Below are positions 20,292 to 30,355 of a stretch of 64,000 nucleotides of DNA, one piece after another. Each line of letters opens with the position of its first letter. Position 1 is the first letter of the stretch. Position numbers and translations under genes: made by a program. The stretch is from a virus, in the IMG/VR virus record IMGVR_UViG_3300043425_000861; one strand, given 5' to 3'. The notes beneath the pieces are model-generated. The model did no database searches and had not been told where the DNA came from. It was given only the letters and a program-made list of their open reading frames with translations.

Positions 20292-21008
20292 ATGGAAATT
20301 TTTATAAGTATAGACGGTGTTCTAAGAAACATCATACAGAAATTCGATTATCACTACCAAGATTACTTTATTGATACCGAAGTTGAAGAAGGTGACGAAA
20401 GAGAATCTTTTGAATATGGTAAAGAAGGTAAAATCCAAAATGATAATCTTTTAAATTATTATAAGTTTCAATCAAAAGAAGAATTTGAAAACTTTCTTTT
20501 TATTGATTATCCTATTGAAATATTTGGTCACGCAACCAATAGTTACCAAAACGTGTTTCTTGAGTTTAATAAGTTTGTCTACGAAAATAAAGAACATAAC
20601 ATTACATTAGTTGGTTTGGATGAATTAGGTAAAGCTAAATCAGCCACTTTATTTTACTTATCAAGAAACGGATGTATGTCAAATAATATCAAGTTTATCA
20701 CCACATCGGATATTCCAAATTTGTGGAGTAAATGTGATTTGTGGATTACAGATAATAAGAAGATTATTGACAACTGTCCAAAAAATAAAAAGGCAATTAA
20801 ATTTAACACCACATATAATGAGTACTTTACAAATAACTTAGAAATCAATAAATTAACAGAAATAGATAAATTATGGTTGAAGTCTTCGGAAAACTTTATT
20901 ACATCGACCTTGACTCGATTAGTGAAGTATGTAGAACCGGTAAAACAATTAAAGATGAAGAAGATGATTCAGAAACTCTTGAAATCAACATCTTCAAGTA
21001 CGAAGTAA
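20292..21008 (+). CDS. HAD-like 5'(3')-nucleotidase family protein (degenerate)
   Basis: IFISIDGVL start and CDLWITDN; the first catalytic Asp appears replaced by Ser. Confidence 0.5.
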   Translation: MEIFISIDGVLRNIIQKFDYHYQDYFIDTEVEEGDERESFEYGKEGKIQNDNLLNYYKFQSKEEFENFLFIDYPIEIFGHATNSYQNVFLEFNKFVYENKEHNITLVGLDELGKAKSATLFYLSRNGCMSNNIKFITTSDIPNLWSKCDLWITDNKKIIDNCPKNKKAIKFNTTYNEYFTNNLEINKLTEIDKLWLKSSENFITSTLTRLVKYVEPVKQLKMKKMIQKLLKSTSSSTK

Positions 21009-21157
21009 TAAAAATGTGTATTGAAAGAGTCTTAAACGAATTCGAAGATTCAGATGAAGAAATGGGTTTATTTGCACAAAAAGAAACCACTGTTTCATTT
21101 AGAATCGCATTCAATACTTTACTAAAAAATAACATATTAATAGAAGAAAATGAGTAA
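20873..21157 (+). CDS. Hypothetical protein
   Basis: 94-aa ORF; overlaps the upstream ORF in another frame and is coupled to the next gene. Confidence 0.6.
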   Translation: MVEVFGKLYYIDLDSISEVCRTGKTIKDEEDDSETLEINIFKYEVIKMCIERVLNEFEDSDEEMGLFAQKETTVSFRIAFNTLLKNNILIEENE

Positions 21158-22208
21158 CATTGAAAAGTTAGAATCCTCACTAAGTAGGATTAGTAATAAA
21201 GAAAACGTCATATATTTTTTAACATATGACACCAAGAATAACGCTAGAGCCGCGGTAAAAAATATCTATGATATGGCGTTAGCACTAAAAGAAAGCGGTA
21301 GAGACGTTAAGATTTTAGTTGAGGATAAAACGTACACAGGTGTTGACGGATGGTTAGGTGACAAGTATAATAGTCTCGAAGTTGTTTCAATTAAAGAAGA
21401 TAAAGTTGAAATAAAAGTTGAGGATGTTATTGTGGTACCTGAATATTATTCAAACGTATTACCACAATTGTCTAACATTAAATCGGTAAAGGTTATGTTA
21501 GTACAACAAAAAGATTACATCTTTGAAACCTTACCAATTGGTAGTAGATGGAGTGATTATGGTTTTGATAAATGTATCACAACCAGTGAATCCTCAAAGA
21601 AATATATTTTAGATTATTTCCCTGAAAGTTTGGTTCATTTAATTCCACCATTTATTGGGGACAATTTCCAACCTACGGATAAACCAATTAAACCATATGT
21701 TGCAATTAGTTGTAGAGACAGATTGATTCATAGAAAATTAATTTCTGAATTTTACATCAAGTATCCACAATTAAGATGGATTACATTTAGAGATATGGTA
21801 CAATTATCTTACGATGAGTTTGCGGACAATCTAAAAGAATGTATGGTTTCACTTTGGGTTGATGATGAATCTACATTTGGAACGTTTCCATTAGAATCTA
21901 TGAAATGTGGAGTACCTGTTGTTGGTAAAATTCCTAATACAGAACCCGATTGGTTAAGTGAGAACGGTCTATGGACTTATGATGTAAATAAGTTAGTTGA
22001 AATTTTAGGTACATTTATTTTAGCTTGGTTAGAGGGTGTTGAACTTACAAGCGAAGTAAAAGAAAAGATGAGAGAAACCGTGGCACCATATAATAAAGAA
22101 ACCCACAATAATAATACGTTGTCAATTTTCAATTCTCTAATCAGTATCAGAGAAGACTCAATTAAAAAGGCAATCGAAAAAGTTAAAGCAGAAAACAATG
22201 AAGAGTAA
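21150..22208 (+). CDS. GT-B glycosyltransferase
   Basis: VIVVPE and ESTFGTFPLESMKCGVPVVG (EX7E-type motif). Confidence 0.8.
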   Translation: MSNIEKLESSLSRISNKENVIYFLTYDTKNNARAAVKNIYDMALALKESGRDVKILVEDKTYTGVDGWLGDKYNSLEVVSIKEDKVEIKVEDVIVVPEYYSNVLPQLSNIKSVKVMLVQQKDYIFETLPIGSRWSDYGFDKCITTSESSKKYILDYFPESLVHLIPPFIGDNFQPTDKPIKPYVAISCRDRLIHRKLISEFYIKYPQLRWITFRDMVQLSYDEFADNLKECMVSLWVDDESTFGTFPLESMKCGVPVVGKIPNTEPDWLSENGLWTYDVNKLVEILGTFILAWLEGVELTSEVKEKMRETVAPYNKETHNNNTLSIFNSLISIREDSIKKAIEKVKAENNEE

Positions 22209-22992
22209 AAATATAACCATATTATTACCAATCCATAAAATTGGTGAAGAAGAATCAATAATGTTATCAAATGCGTTGGAGTCTATTGAAGATTTCCACA
22301 ATGACATTAAACTTAAAATTATTTGTCCATTAGATGTAAAAAATAAATTGGATAATTTTGAGTTTGGTCAAAAGTTAGAAGTTGAACTTGTTACAAATAC
22401 AAGTAAAGAAACTGATTTTTGTACTCAGATAAATCTTGGTATTTCATCTTGTGATACTGAGTGGTTTAGTATTTTAGAAATTGACGATGAATTTAAACCT
22501 ATTTGGTTAACATCGGTAAATGAATATATTAAAAACAACCCTACTGTTGATGTATTTTTACCAATTGTAAAAGACATTAATGTTGAGGGTTCGTTTATAT
22601 CATTCACAAATGAATCGGCTTGGGCGTACGGATTTACCGATAACCAAGGGTTCATAGATAATGAGGTTTTATTGGAATTTCAAAATTATCAAACCAGCGG
22701 AGGTTTATTTAAAACAGAAGTGATTAAAGAAAATGGATTATTTAAAGATAATATCAAATTAACTTTTACATATGAATTTTTACTAAGATTAACACATAAT
22801 GGTGTTAAAATTATGGTAATCCCAAGAGTAGGATACCAACACGTTAATTTTAGAGAAGACTCTTTGTTTTGGACATACAAAAATGGTGAGGACGGAAGAC
22901 TAAACGAAAATGAAGTAAAGTTTTGGTTAGAAACCGCAAAAAAAGAATTTTTCTTCAAAAATAAACGTGATATAAATTATGTAGAAGATTAA
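22198..22992 (+). CDS. GT2-like glycosyltransferase
   Basis: ITILLPI, NLGI...DTEWFSILEIDD, YEFLLRL motifs. Confidence 0.75.
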   Translation: MKSKNITILLPIHKIGEEESIMLSNALESIEDFHNDIKLKIICPLDVKNKLDNFEFGQKLEVELVTNTSKETDFCTQINLGISSCDTEWFSILEIDDEFKPIWLTSVNEYIKNNPTVDVFLPIVKDINVEGSFISFTNESAWAYGFTDNQGFIDNEVLLEFQNYQTSGGLFKTEVIKENGLFKDNIKLTFTYEFLLRLTHNGVKIMVIPRVGYQHVNFREDSLFWTYKNGEDGRLNENEVKFWLETAKKEFFFKNKRDINYVED

Positions 22993-23693
22993 TGCCAAGA
23001 AAAAGAACCCAAAAAATATATTTTGGGGAGGAACAAGAGAAGGCGGTAGTTATGTACCTCGAAAGTGCAGACGAAACAGAAAAAAATAAGATATTCAACG
23101 AATATTTACGTGAACCCCTAATTATAATGGTCGAATCAATTATTCGACGTTATAAACTTTACAGAAAAGATATGGAATTTTCTGACTTACATACCGATAC
23201 AATGTCATTTTTGATGACTAAAATCAGTAAGTTTGACCACACAAAAAACCATAAAGCATACTCTTATTTTGGTACAATTTGTAAGAATTATCTTATGGGT
23301 GCAATCCAAAAAGATAGTAAAGACAATAATAGAACAATATCCTATGACGATATATCATCGGATATGGAAAACAATCCTGAGTTCTCATATATATTAGATG
23401 AAACCACCTTAGATTATAAAGATGTCATAATTAAAATGACTATTCAATTGGAGGAGTTTATTGAATCTGAGGATTTAAATGAAAACGAACAAAAACTTGG
23501 TTATGCATTACTTGAAATTTTTAGCAGTTTTGATAAAATCTTCCAAGTTGGGGAAGGTAACAAATTCAACAAAAATCTAATATTATTATCCTTAAGGGAA
23601 ATGACTTCATTAAACACTAAGGAAATTAGGATTGCACTTAAGAAATATAGAAAAATGTATGACGGTGTTATTTTTGGGTTTCTAAATTCATAA
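22992..23693 (+). CDS. Phage late sigma factor (T4 gp55-like)
   Basis: Sigma region-2-like KFD....KAYSYFGTICKNYL. Confidence 0.65.
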   Translation: MPRKRTQKIYFGEEQEKAVVMYLESADETEKNKIFNEYLREPLIIMVESIIRRYKLYRKDMEFSDLHTDTMSFLMTKISKFDHTKNHKAYSYFGTICKNYLMGAIQKDSKDNNRTISYDDISSDMENNPEFSYILDETTLDYKDVIIKMTIQLEEFIESEDLNENEQKLGYALLEIFSSFDKIFQVGEGNKFNKNLILLSLREMTSLNTKEIRIALKKYRKMYDGVIFGFLNS

Positions 23694-23704
23694 AATATCT
23701 ATTT

Positions 23705-24088
23705 ATGTATATGAAAGATAGAAGAAAAAACATATCCTTAGACACTGACTCGGCATTGGCACTAATGCAGGAGATTTACAACGATATTGTTGAAAATAGA
23801 AGTACCGCGTCTCTGATTATGAAAAAAATGTTGTCTTTTATGAAAGATGCGGAAGATATGAGTACCATAGGTCCCGTAATCAAAGAACAACAAAAAATAC
23901 TAAATGATTGTACAGAAAAGAAAATTTCATTAGTTAAATTACAGGGAGCGTTATTGAAACAATCTGGCGGTCCTGCAGGTAAAGAAGGATTTTCTAAAAT
24001 GACATTATCTGATGAGGATAGAGAACTTTTAGAGAAATTAGTTAACGATGACGATAATAATATAAAAAACGCTAACTACGATAACTAA
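23705..24088 (+). CDS. Hypothetical helical protein (possible small terminase)
   Basis: 127-aa helical ORF; function guessed from size and composition only. Confidence 0.4.
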   Translation: MYMKDRRKNISLDTDSALALMQEIYNDIVENRSTASLIMKKMLSFMKDAEDMSTIGPVIKEQQKILNDCTEKKISLVKLQGALLKQSGGPAGKEGFSKMTLSDEDRELLEKLVNDDDNNIKNANYDN

Positions 24089-25980
24089 TGGCAAATCCAC
24101 AAAGAGCACTTATTAGGGCAAAATTAGATGCTATTAAAAAATTAGCAGACGAAAAACCAACATACGTTGATGACGTGTTTGATTTGGTTAAAGACCAAAT
24201 GCCTGACATTGACGGGTCCATTAAAAGAAAGATAGACGATTTTAAGGACAAAAGAAAAGCAAAACAAACCCAAAAAAAAGACATATTTGGTGAATTAATA
24301 AAGACCTTCGAGGGATTTATGGGTTCAAACGATACAAATAGTATTAACCCAAATCAAAAGCCGGTTGTAAAAAATAAATTAAAATACTACGCAAAAGAAT
24401 CCTCAAACATAACCCTTAGAGAATCTAAACAAATTGTTATGGATTCTGTGAAAAAATCATTTTTTAGCGGTGGTGGAATTTGTGGAAGTAATAGTTTGAT
24501 GCCAGCAAACAACGTTGATATATCACCCAAAGAAATTGATTTTTTAAGTATGTTAAAAGTTGCACCTGATAGTAATACTGGTCAAATAATGTACGAAACA
24601 AGTGAAGATACGGGGTTTGTAAAAATGAATAAGGAGTTATATAACAATTTTGATTCATCATCTGCATATTTTTTCAACAACAAAGACTATAAAACCATTT
24701 TCACTATGCAATGGAACGATTCGTCCCAAGTGTATAATCTTTCGGGATTACAAGGTGTAACAGGTGCGACAACTGTTGAAAATTTTTTAACCGATTATTA
24801 TTCTGCGATTGAATATCCTGATATTGGTAATGTGGTAAAACAAGCGATGATGATGACCGTCCAAGGAATGGACGATGCTCCTCAATCATTCACTGTGGGT
24901 ATGAATAATTTAAACAGAATTTGTCAAAAATTATTTGCTATCTGTGGTAAACCACAAAAAAACGCTAGTCCGTTAAATGAAAATGCTGTAGATACAACAA
25001 ACAACGAAGAGGATGATGTTGAAACCTATTTTAATTTTGATGATGTAGAAGGTATCGATATTGATGATGAAAATGCAAGATTAAGAAGAGTTTTAAGATA
25101 CACCGATTGTGGTAATTTTGAGTCTCCTGTTAATAAAAATCATTTGGAGGATTTTGTACACTTTACGAAAAAACCAGGCAAAAATATTGATTCGATAATC
25201 GATAGTACACTTAACAAAGTAGCTTCAGAAAGTTACCAACAATCGGGAGGTTCTGTTGGATTGGATAATTTACAGGCAAACATTACAGGATTATTTATTC
25301 TAAATTTACCAAAGGCGTTAGTTCAATCAATCCTATCTCCAAAAATCTTCTTACCGATAGTAATACTTTATAAATTATTTAAAGGTGCAGTGGCAAGTGC
25401 CGCAGATTTTTTAGTAAGAATGGCTAAATTATTTTTTGACGTTGTCAAAAGAATATTTTGGAAGTTCATACAAGCTTTTTGGAAATTCGTTAAAAAGGAT
25501 TTATTGGATTTTATTAAAAAAGTTGCCAAAACTATCTTATTAAAAAAATTAAAAAGATGGAAAGCAATTTTACTATCATTGATAACACTTTTATTAAAAT
25601 TACTAACAACAAAATTAGATAGTTGTGAGGCAATTTTTAATGCAATATTATCTACAATAAATGGAGCAATAAATGCAAGATTGAAAATACCTATACCGGG
25701 TATTTTATTAGCAATAGCAGATAAGTTACCGGGATTTAGTGCCGATAAGGCTTATATGTCAACAATTGAAAATATGACAAGGAGTGGAATTGTAACAGGT
25801 CCACTTTACGATAGAGAAAATAAATGGAACAAAGCACTTAAAGCAACCATTGACGGTTATAGTAAAACTATGGATGAAGATTCATTCGTTAAAATCGGAC
25901 TTAAACCATCGATAATACCTGCAGGTGTTGCGGGTGCAGTTATTACTCCTATGGTTGTAGGGGCGGGTAAATTATTTTAA
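24088..25980 (+). CDS. Hypothetical structural protein with hydrophobic/amphipathic C-terminal region
   Basis: 630 aa; lies upstream of baseplate genes. Confidence 0.55.
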   Translation: MANPQRALIRAKLDAIKKLADEKPTYVDDVFDLVKDQMPDIDGSIKRKIDDFKDKRKAKQTQKKDIFGELIKTFEGFMGSNDTNSINPNQKPVVKNKLKYYAKESSNITLRESKQIVMDSVKKSFFSGGGICGSNSLMPANNVDISPKEIDFLSMLKVAPDSNTGQIMYETSEDTGFVKMNKELYNNFDSSSAYFFNNKDYKTIFTMQWNDSSQVYNLSGLQGVTGATTVENFLTDYYSAIEYPDIGNVVKQAMMMTVQGMDDAPQSFTVGMNNLNRICQKLFAICGKPQKNASPLNENAVDTTNNEEDDVETYFNFDDVEGIDIDDENARLRRVLRYTDCGNFESPVNKNHLEDFVHFTKKPGKNIDSIIDSTLNKVASESYQQSGGSVGLDNLQANITGLFILNLPKALVQSILSPKIFLPIVILYKLFKGAVASAADFLVRMAKLFFDVVKRIFWKFIQAFWKFVKKDLLDFIKKVAKTILLKKLKRWKAILLSLITLLLKLLTTKLDSCEAIFNAILSTINGAINARLKIPIPGILLAIADKLPGFSADKAYMSTIENMTRSGIVTGPLYDRENKWNKALKATIDGYSKTMDEDSFVKIGLKPSIIPAGVAGAVITPMVVGAGKLF

Positions 25981-25983
25981 AAT

Positions 25984-26181
25984 ATGGATAAGGAAAAAAT
26001 TATTGATATTATTAAAAACGTAAAAGACAAGTCAAATTCCGATTTATTTGGAGCTAGAGATATTTTAATTGATGAACACGAAAAAACAAAAAATCTTATT
26101 ATTGATTTAACTAGACATTTGGATAGTATTGAAGAATATTATGAGACAATAAATAATGAAATTGGTAATAGAGTAATATAA
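25984..26181 (+). CDS. Small coiled-coil hypothetical protein
   Basis: 65-aa ORF within the operon. Confidence 0.55.
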   Translation: MDKEKIIDIIKNVKDKSNSDLFGARDILIDEHEKTKNLIIDLTRHLDSIEEYYETINNEIGNRVI

Positions 26182-26182
26182 T

Positions 26183-27700
26183 ATGAAAATAATTGACGTC
26201 GGGGTTTGTGTTTCAAATATCGACCCAAAGGGGATTGGTAGAATTAGATATAGACCGTATGGTCAGTATTTAAGTGAAGTTGCGGGTGGTATTAAGTACA
26301 CTGAATGGGACGATAAAGACCCATTTATTTCTATCCCATTCCTGCCGGCACATATTAATATTATTCCACAATTTGGACAATCTGTCAAATTAATTCAATA
26401 CGATACTGATAAGGATTCACAAAACGTTGAGTATATCTCAGGACCTTATACGTCACCTCACGATTTTGAAAGCCAAACGTTCACAACACAACATAAAGAC
26501 ACGACTTATGGTGGTGTAATAGTTGAAGGGTTACCCGATTTAAAAGATAAAGCAGGGAACTACATTGATAGAAAATCATTTGGTACAATGGCTACCTTAG
26601 ATGATACCTCAGTAAACGGAAACTATGGTTCTGATATAGTTTTCACAAAAAACGGTATGATGTTAAGAGGTGGTAAACTTATTAACAAAGACGTACCAAA
26701 TCCAAAATTTAGACAACGTTTATCTGAAGTACCATTATTATCTGAAAAGATGTCAAGACTCGGACTAAAGAAATTTCCGAGAACAATGGAAGTTAAAGAC
26801 GAGAAAATAAAGATAACAAAAATACCTGTCGCGAAGATTAATCATCTAATTGAATATTCTATCGATGATTTAACAACACCAACCGAAGTTAAAATTAATG
26901 TGTACAAAATATTGGACACATTTGGTCCTGTTTTTGATTCTAACTATTTTAACGAATCAACCTATGTTGATATAACTGATTCTAAAAAAGTTAAAATTTA
27001 TAACGACGGAACGACAACGGGTTCCACTATCACAATTTCAGTGACATCAATTCAAGACGCATATATTGAATTAAGAGAAACGTTATACACATTATCAAAT
27101 GAAGGATTATCAAAATTCAATACGTCTTATCCTAAAGATGATATACACCCATTTTATTTTAGACCTGCAGGAGAACTAAAAACAAGGGCAACTGCGAACT
27201 TAACAGAAGTTACTAATCGAACTAAATTTGTGAATGGTGTACAAGTTAAGGGTGTTGGGGGACTTGGTACGGGAGGAGGTTTAATTTTTTCAAAACAATT
27301 TACAACCCCACCGACCAAAAATAGTGAAAAGAAAATAAAAGTTCTAAAAGCAAGGGACAATAAAGGTGAGCAGACTTTTGCAAATTTGGTTGCGGATAAG
27401 GTATATTTCGTATCATCAAGTACGAATAAGGGACCAAAAAAGAGTGTGGATTTTACCAAAATTAACAATTACGAGTACACCCAAGAAGATTATCTAATTG
27501 AAATTGAACCATCGACATATTCAACGGTTAGAGGTGAAGTTTTGATTAAGATATTAAATAAAATGTACGAATTTTTAGTTGGTCACGTTCATAATTGGGC
27601 TGAACCTGGTCATATGGATACCGAAAGAATGTCGATTTTGAAGGACTTGATTCAAACTATGGAAAGAGATTTGGTAAATGATTCAATTAGAATAAACTAA
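26183..27700 (+). CDS. Baseplate hub/spike protein (T4 gp5/VgrG-like)
   Basis: N-terminal OB-fold GVCVSNIDPKGIGRIR...IP..GQSV; C-terminal RGE.L...L.....GHVH metal-binding tip motif. Confidence 0.65.
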   Translation: MKIIDVGVCVSNIDPKGIGRIRYRPYGQYLSEVAGGIKYTEWDDKDPFISIPFLPAHINIIPQFGQSVKLIQYDTDKDSQNVEYISGPYTSPHDFESQTFTTQHKDTTYGGVIVEGLPDLKDKAGNYIDRKSFGTMATLDDTSVNGNYGSDIVFTKNGMMLRGGKLINKDVPNPKFRQRLSEVPLLSEKMSRLGLKKFPRTMEVKDEKIKITKIPVAKINHLIEYSIDDLTTPTEVKINVYKILDTFGPVFDSNYFNESTYVDITDSKKVKIYNDGTTTGSTITISVTSIQDAYIELRETLYTLSNEGLSKFNTSYPKDDIHPFYFRPAGELKTRATANLTEVTNRTKFVNGVQVKGVGGLGTGGGLIFSKQFTTPPTKNSEKKIKVLKARDNKGEQTFANLVADKVYFVSSSTNKGPKKSVDFTKINNYEYTQEDYLIEIEPSTYSTVRGEVLIKILNKMYEFLVGHVHNWAEPGHMDTERMSILKDLIQTMERDLVNDSIRIN

Positions 27701-27722
27701 TTGATATTTATTAAATAAAAAG

Positions 27723-29096
27723 ATGTCATATTTTCGTTCATATTTCAATAAAAACAACACACTCATAAAGGATTCACAGATTAACACTGCGAAAAATCCT
27801 AATACCGAGATTTTCTATGGGTCTGGATTCTCTAAATTTATATTTAGGGTAGATTTAACAGATTTGAAATCTAAAATTGACAACGGTGATTTGGTGATTA
27901 CACCAAATACAAAACACTACTTACACTTAACAAATACCATTTTTGGTGACGAAAGTTTATTAGGTCAAAAAAATGGTAAGGGTAGAGAAAGAACAACTTC
28001 ATTTGATTTAATTATTTCCCCAATAGACGAGTTTTGGGATGAAGGTGTTGGTTTCGATTATGAACAGGCATATGATTATACCTCAGGTAATGAAACCTTT
28101 GACCAAAGACCGTCAAACTGGTTCAATAGAACAACATTAGATACTTGGTCACAAGAAGGTGTCTATTCTACTACACCAAGCCAAATAATTGATACAATTC
28201 ATTTTGACAACGGTAATGAAAATTTAAAGGCGGATATTACTTCATATGTTAATAGTATCGTTACAGGTACATCTATTAACTATGGTTTGGTGTTGGCGTT
28301 TTCACCCGAATTTATGGATGTTACCAATGATGTTGACCAATCTGTGGCATTTTACACAATGTATACACAAACATTCTTTGAACCGTTTGTGGAGACCGTT
28401 TTTGATGATACCATAGAAGACAATAGAGAGAATTTTATTGCGGACGTACAAAGAAATTTATATCTATACGTAACCAGAGGTACTAACTTCTACGATTTAG
28501 ACACCTTACCGACTGTTGATATTATGGATAGTAATAGAACGGTTCTTGCGGGTTTGTCAAACCTAACCACAACAAAAATTAGAAAGGGAATTTACAAGGT
28601 AACATTTGGTATAAGTGGAGTTCTTTGTGATGGAAAACGATTCTTCTATGATAAGTGGAAAGGTATTGAAATTGATGGTATAACCCTTGATGATGTTACA
28701 CAAAAATTCATTCCTAAACCACATAGTTCATTGTTTACGATAGGTGCAAATGAAACTGAATTAGAGAGATACATAGTTCAATTTTTTGGAATTAAACTAA
28801 ATGAAAAAATTAAAAGAGGGGAGAATAGAAAAGTAGTTGTAACTCTTAGGTCAATTAATCAAACAAAATCTGTTCTATTTGACGAGGTTTATTACAGAAT
28901 TTACGTTAAGGAAGGTCATACACAAGTAAACGTATTCGATTGGACAAAATTAGACAGAACGAATGAAAATTCATTTGTTTTAGATACTAGTTATTTGATA
29001 CCAAGAGAATATTGGGTTGAGATTAAGGCTAAGACCCATACAGAAGAAATATTTTATAGAGACGAAATAAAATTTGAAATAATATCAGAAAAATAA
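27723..29096 (+). CDS. Virion structural protein (baseplate/tail)
   Basis: Beta-rich; WDEG.G.D and F..G.E...ADIT motifs; late motif upstream. Confidence 0.55.
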   Translation: MSYFRSYFNKNNTLIKDSQINTAKNPNTEIFYGSGFSKFIFRVDLTDLKSKIDNGDLVITPNTKHYLHLTNTIFGDESLLGQKNGKGRERTTSFDLIISPIDEFWDEGVGFDYEQAYDYTSGNETFDQRPSNWFNRTTLDTWSQEGVYSTTPSQIIDTIHFDNGNENLKADITSYVNSIVTGTSINYGLVLAFSPEFMDVTNDVDQSVAFYTMYTQTFFEPFVETVFDDTIEDNRENFIADVQRNLYLYVTRGTNFYDLDTLPTVDIMDSNRTVLAGLSNLTTTKIRKGIYKVTFGISGVLCDGKRFFYDKWKGIEIDGITLDDVTQKFIPKPHSSLFTIGANETELERYIVQFFGIKLNEKIKRGENRKVVVTLRSINQTKSVLFDEVYYRIYVKEGHTQVNVFDWTKLDRTNENSFVLDTSYLIPREYWVEIKAKTHTEEIFYRDEIKFEIISEK

Positions 29097-29104
29097 TAAA
29101 AGTT

Positions 29105-29914
29105 ATGTCAAAGCAAACTGTAATCCTAAAAAAGGATTTTCATAAATTAAAGGAACAAAAACAAGGAAATTATATGTTCTTTGGTAACATAGAACAAATA
29201 AAAAGACAATGTGAAATGTTGATGGAAATTGATGAAAACACCATCAATGAACTATTAAATAATGGTCACGATTGGGCCGACGACCACATTTCAGTCGCTA
29301 AAGAAAACTTAGACCAAGTATTTGACTTTATTATGAATGAAACTAAAAAAGAACCTAATATGGGACAAAATATTAAAGTTGATTTTAATCAAGTTAAATC
29401 ACTAGCACCCGATTTGTTAGATGGAGGTATTCAAATATCAGAAGCATTATCTTACCATATATCAAACAGAAAACCATTGATTAATTCAGTATTCAAATTC
29501 GGAACTCAAAGCTATGAGAACTTAATTGAAGAAGCATATGAATTATGGTCTGAAGGTGTTTTAGATTTATCAGATGACGATTTAAAACTAATGGAAGATT
29601 TAGAATTCGGTCCTACCGAAGAAACTAATTATGTTGCTGATGATTTATTGAATGAAGCAGAATATCAAGGACGTAAAGTTCAATTAGGTAAAATTATGCA
29701 AGGTGATATTAAGAAATTTAAGGTTTTCGTTAAAAACGACAAAGGTAAAGTTGTTAAAGTAAACTTTGGTTTCGGCGGTAAATCAGCAAAAGGAAAAAGA
29801 ATGGTTATTAAGAAAAATAACCCTGAGAGACGTAAATCATTTAGAGCAAGACACAATTGTGACAACCCGGGTCCACGTTGGAAAGCAAGATATTGGGCTT
29901 GTAGAACTTGGTAA
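29105..29914 (+). CDS. Putative internal head protein with basic C-terminal domain
   Basis: LLNEAEYQG site followed by KVNFG...ERRKSFRARHNCD...ARYWAC. Confidence 0.55.
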   Translation: MSKQTVILKKDFHKLKEQKQGNYMFFGNIEQIKRQCEMLMEIDENTINELLNNGHDWADDHISVAKENLDQVFDFIMNETKKEPNMGQNIKVDFNQVKSLAPDLLDGGIQISEALSYHISNRKPLINSVFKFGTQSYENLIEEAYELWSEGVLDLSDDDLKLMEDLEFGPTEETNYVADDLLNEAEYQGRKVQLGKIMQGDIKKFKVFVKNDKGKVVKVNFGFGGKSAKGKRMVIKKNNPERRKSFRARHNCDNPGPRWKARYWACRTW

Positions 29915-30355
29915 TTAATAATATTTTACATCAACCCCACATTCGAGGAGGAGTTGGAGAGATTTCTTTTGAGATTCGTCCCACTTCTCCTTATTTTTTG
30001 TGGTACATACCTCTTTACAGTAAACAGTTTTGATACCACTATTTACGATACCCCTAGCACAGTCCATACACGGTAATCCCGAAGTAAGATAAATGGTTGA
30101 ATTTTTTAATGGGGTCCCGACTCTTGCCGCGTTATAAATTGCATTACGTTCTGCGTGTTCAAACCAGAAGTATTTTTCAGGTCTTTCCTGACGTTCTTTT
30201 AATGAATCATCCAAACCCCTTGGAAACGAATTATAACCCGTAGAAAGTACCTCATTGTCTTCCCCAACGATAACAGCACCTATCTGTGTGGATTGGTCTT
30301 TAGATTTTAGTTTAATTTGTTCCGCGATACCTAAAAAGTATTCTATCCAATTCAT
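29915..30355 (-). CDS. dCMP deaminase
   Basis: S.D...QIGAV, GYN, HAERNAI, PC.DC motifs. Confidence 0.95.
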   Translation of the reverse strand: MNWIEYFLGIAEQIKLKSKDQSTQIGAVIVGEDNEVLSTGYNSFPRGLDDSLKERQERPEKYFWFEHAERNAIYNAARVGTPLKNSTIYLTSGLPCMDCARGIVNSGIKTVYCKEVCTTKNKEKWDESQKKSLQLLLECGVDVKYY

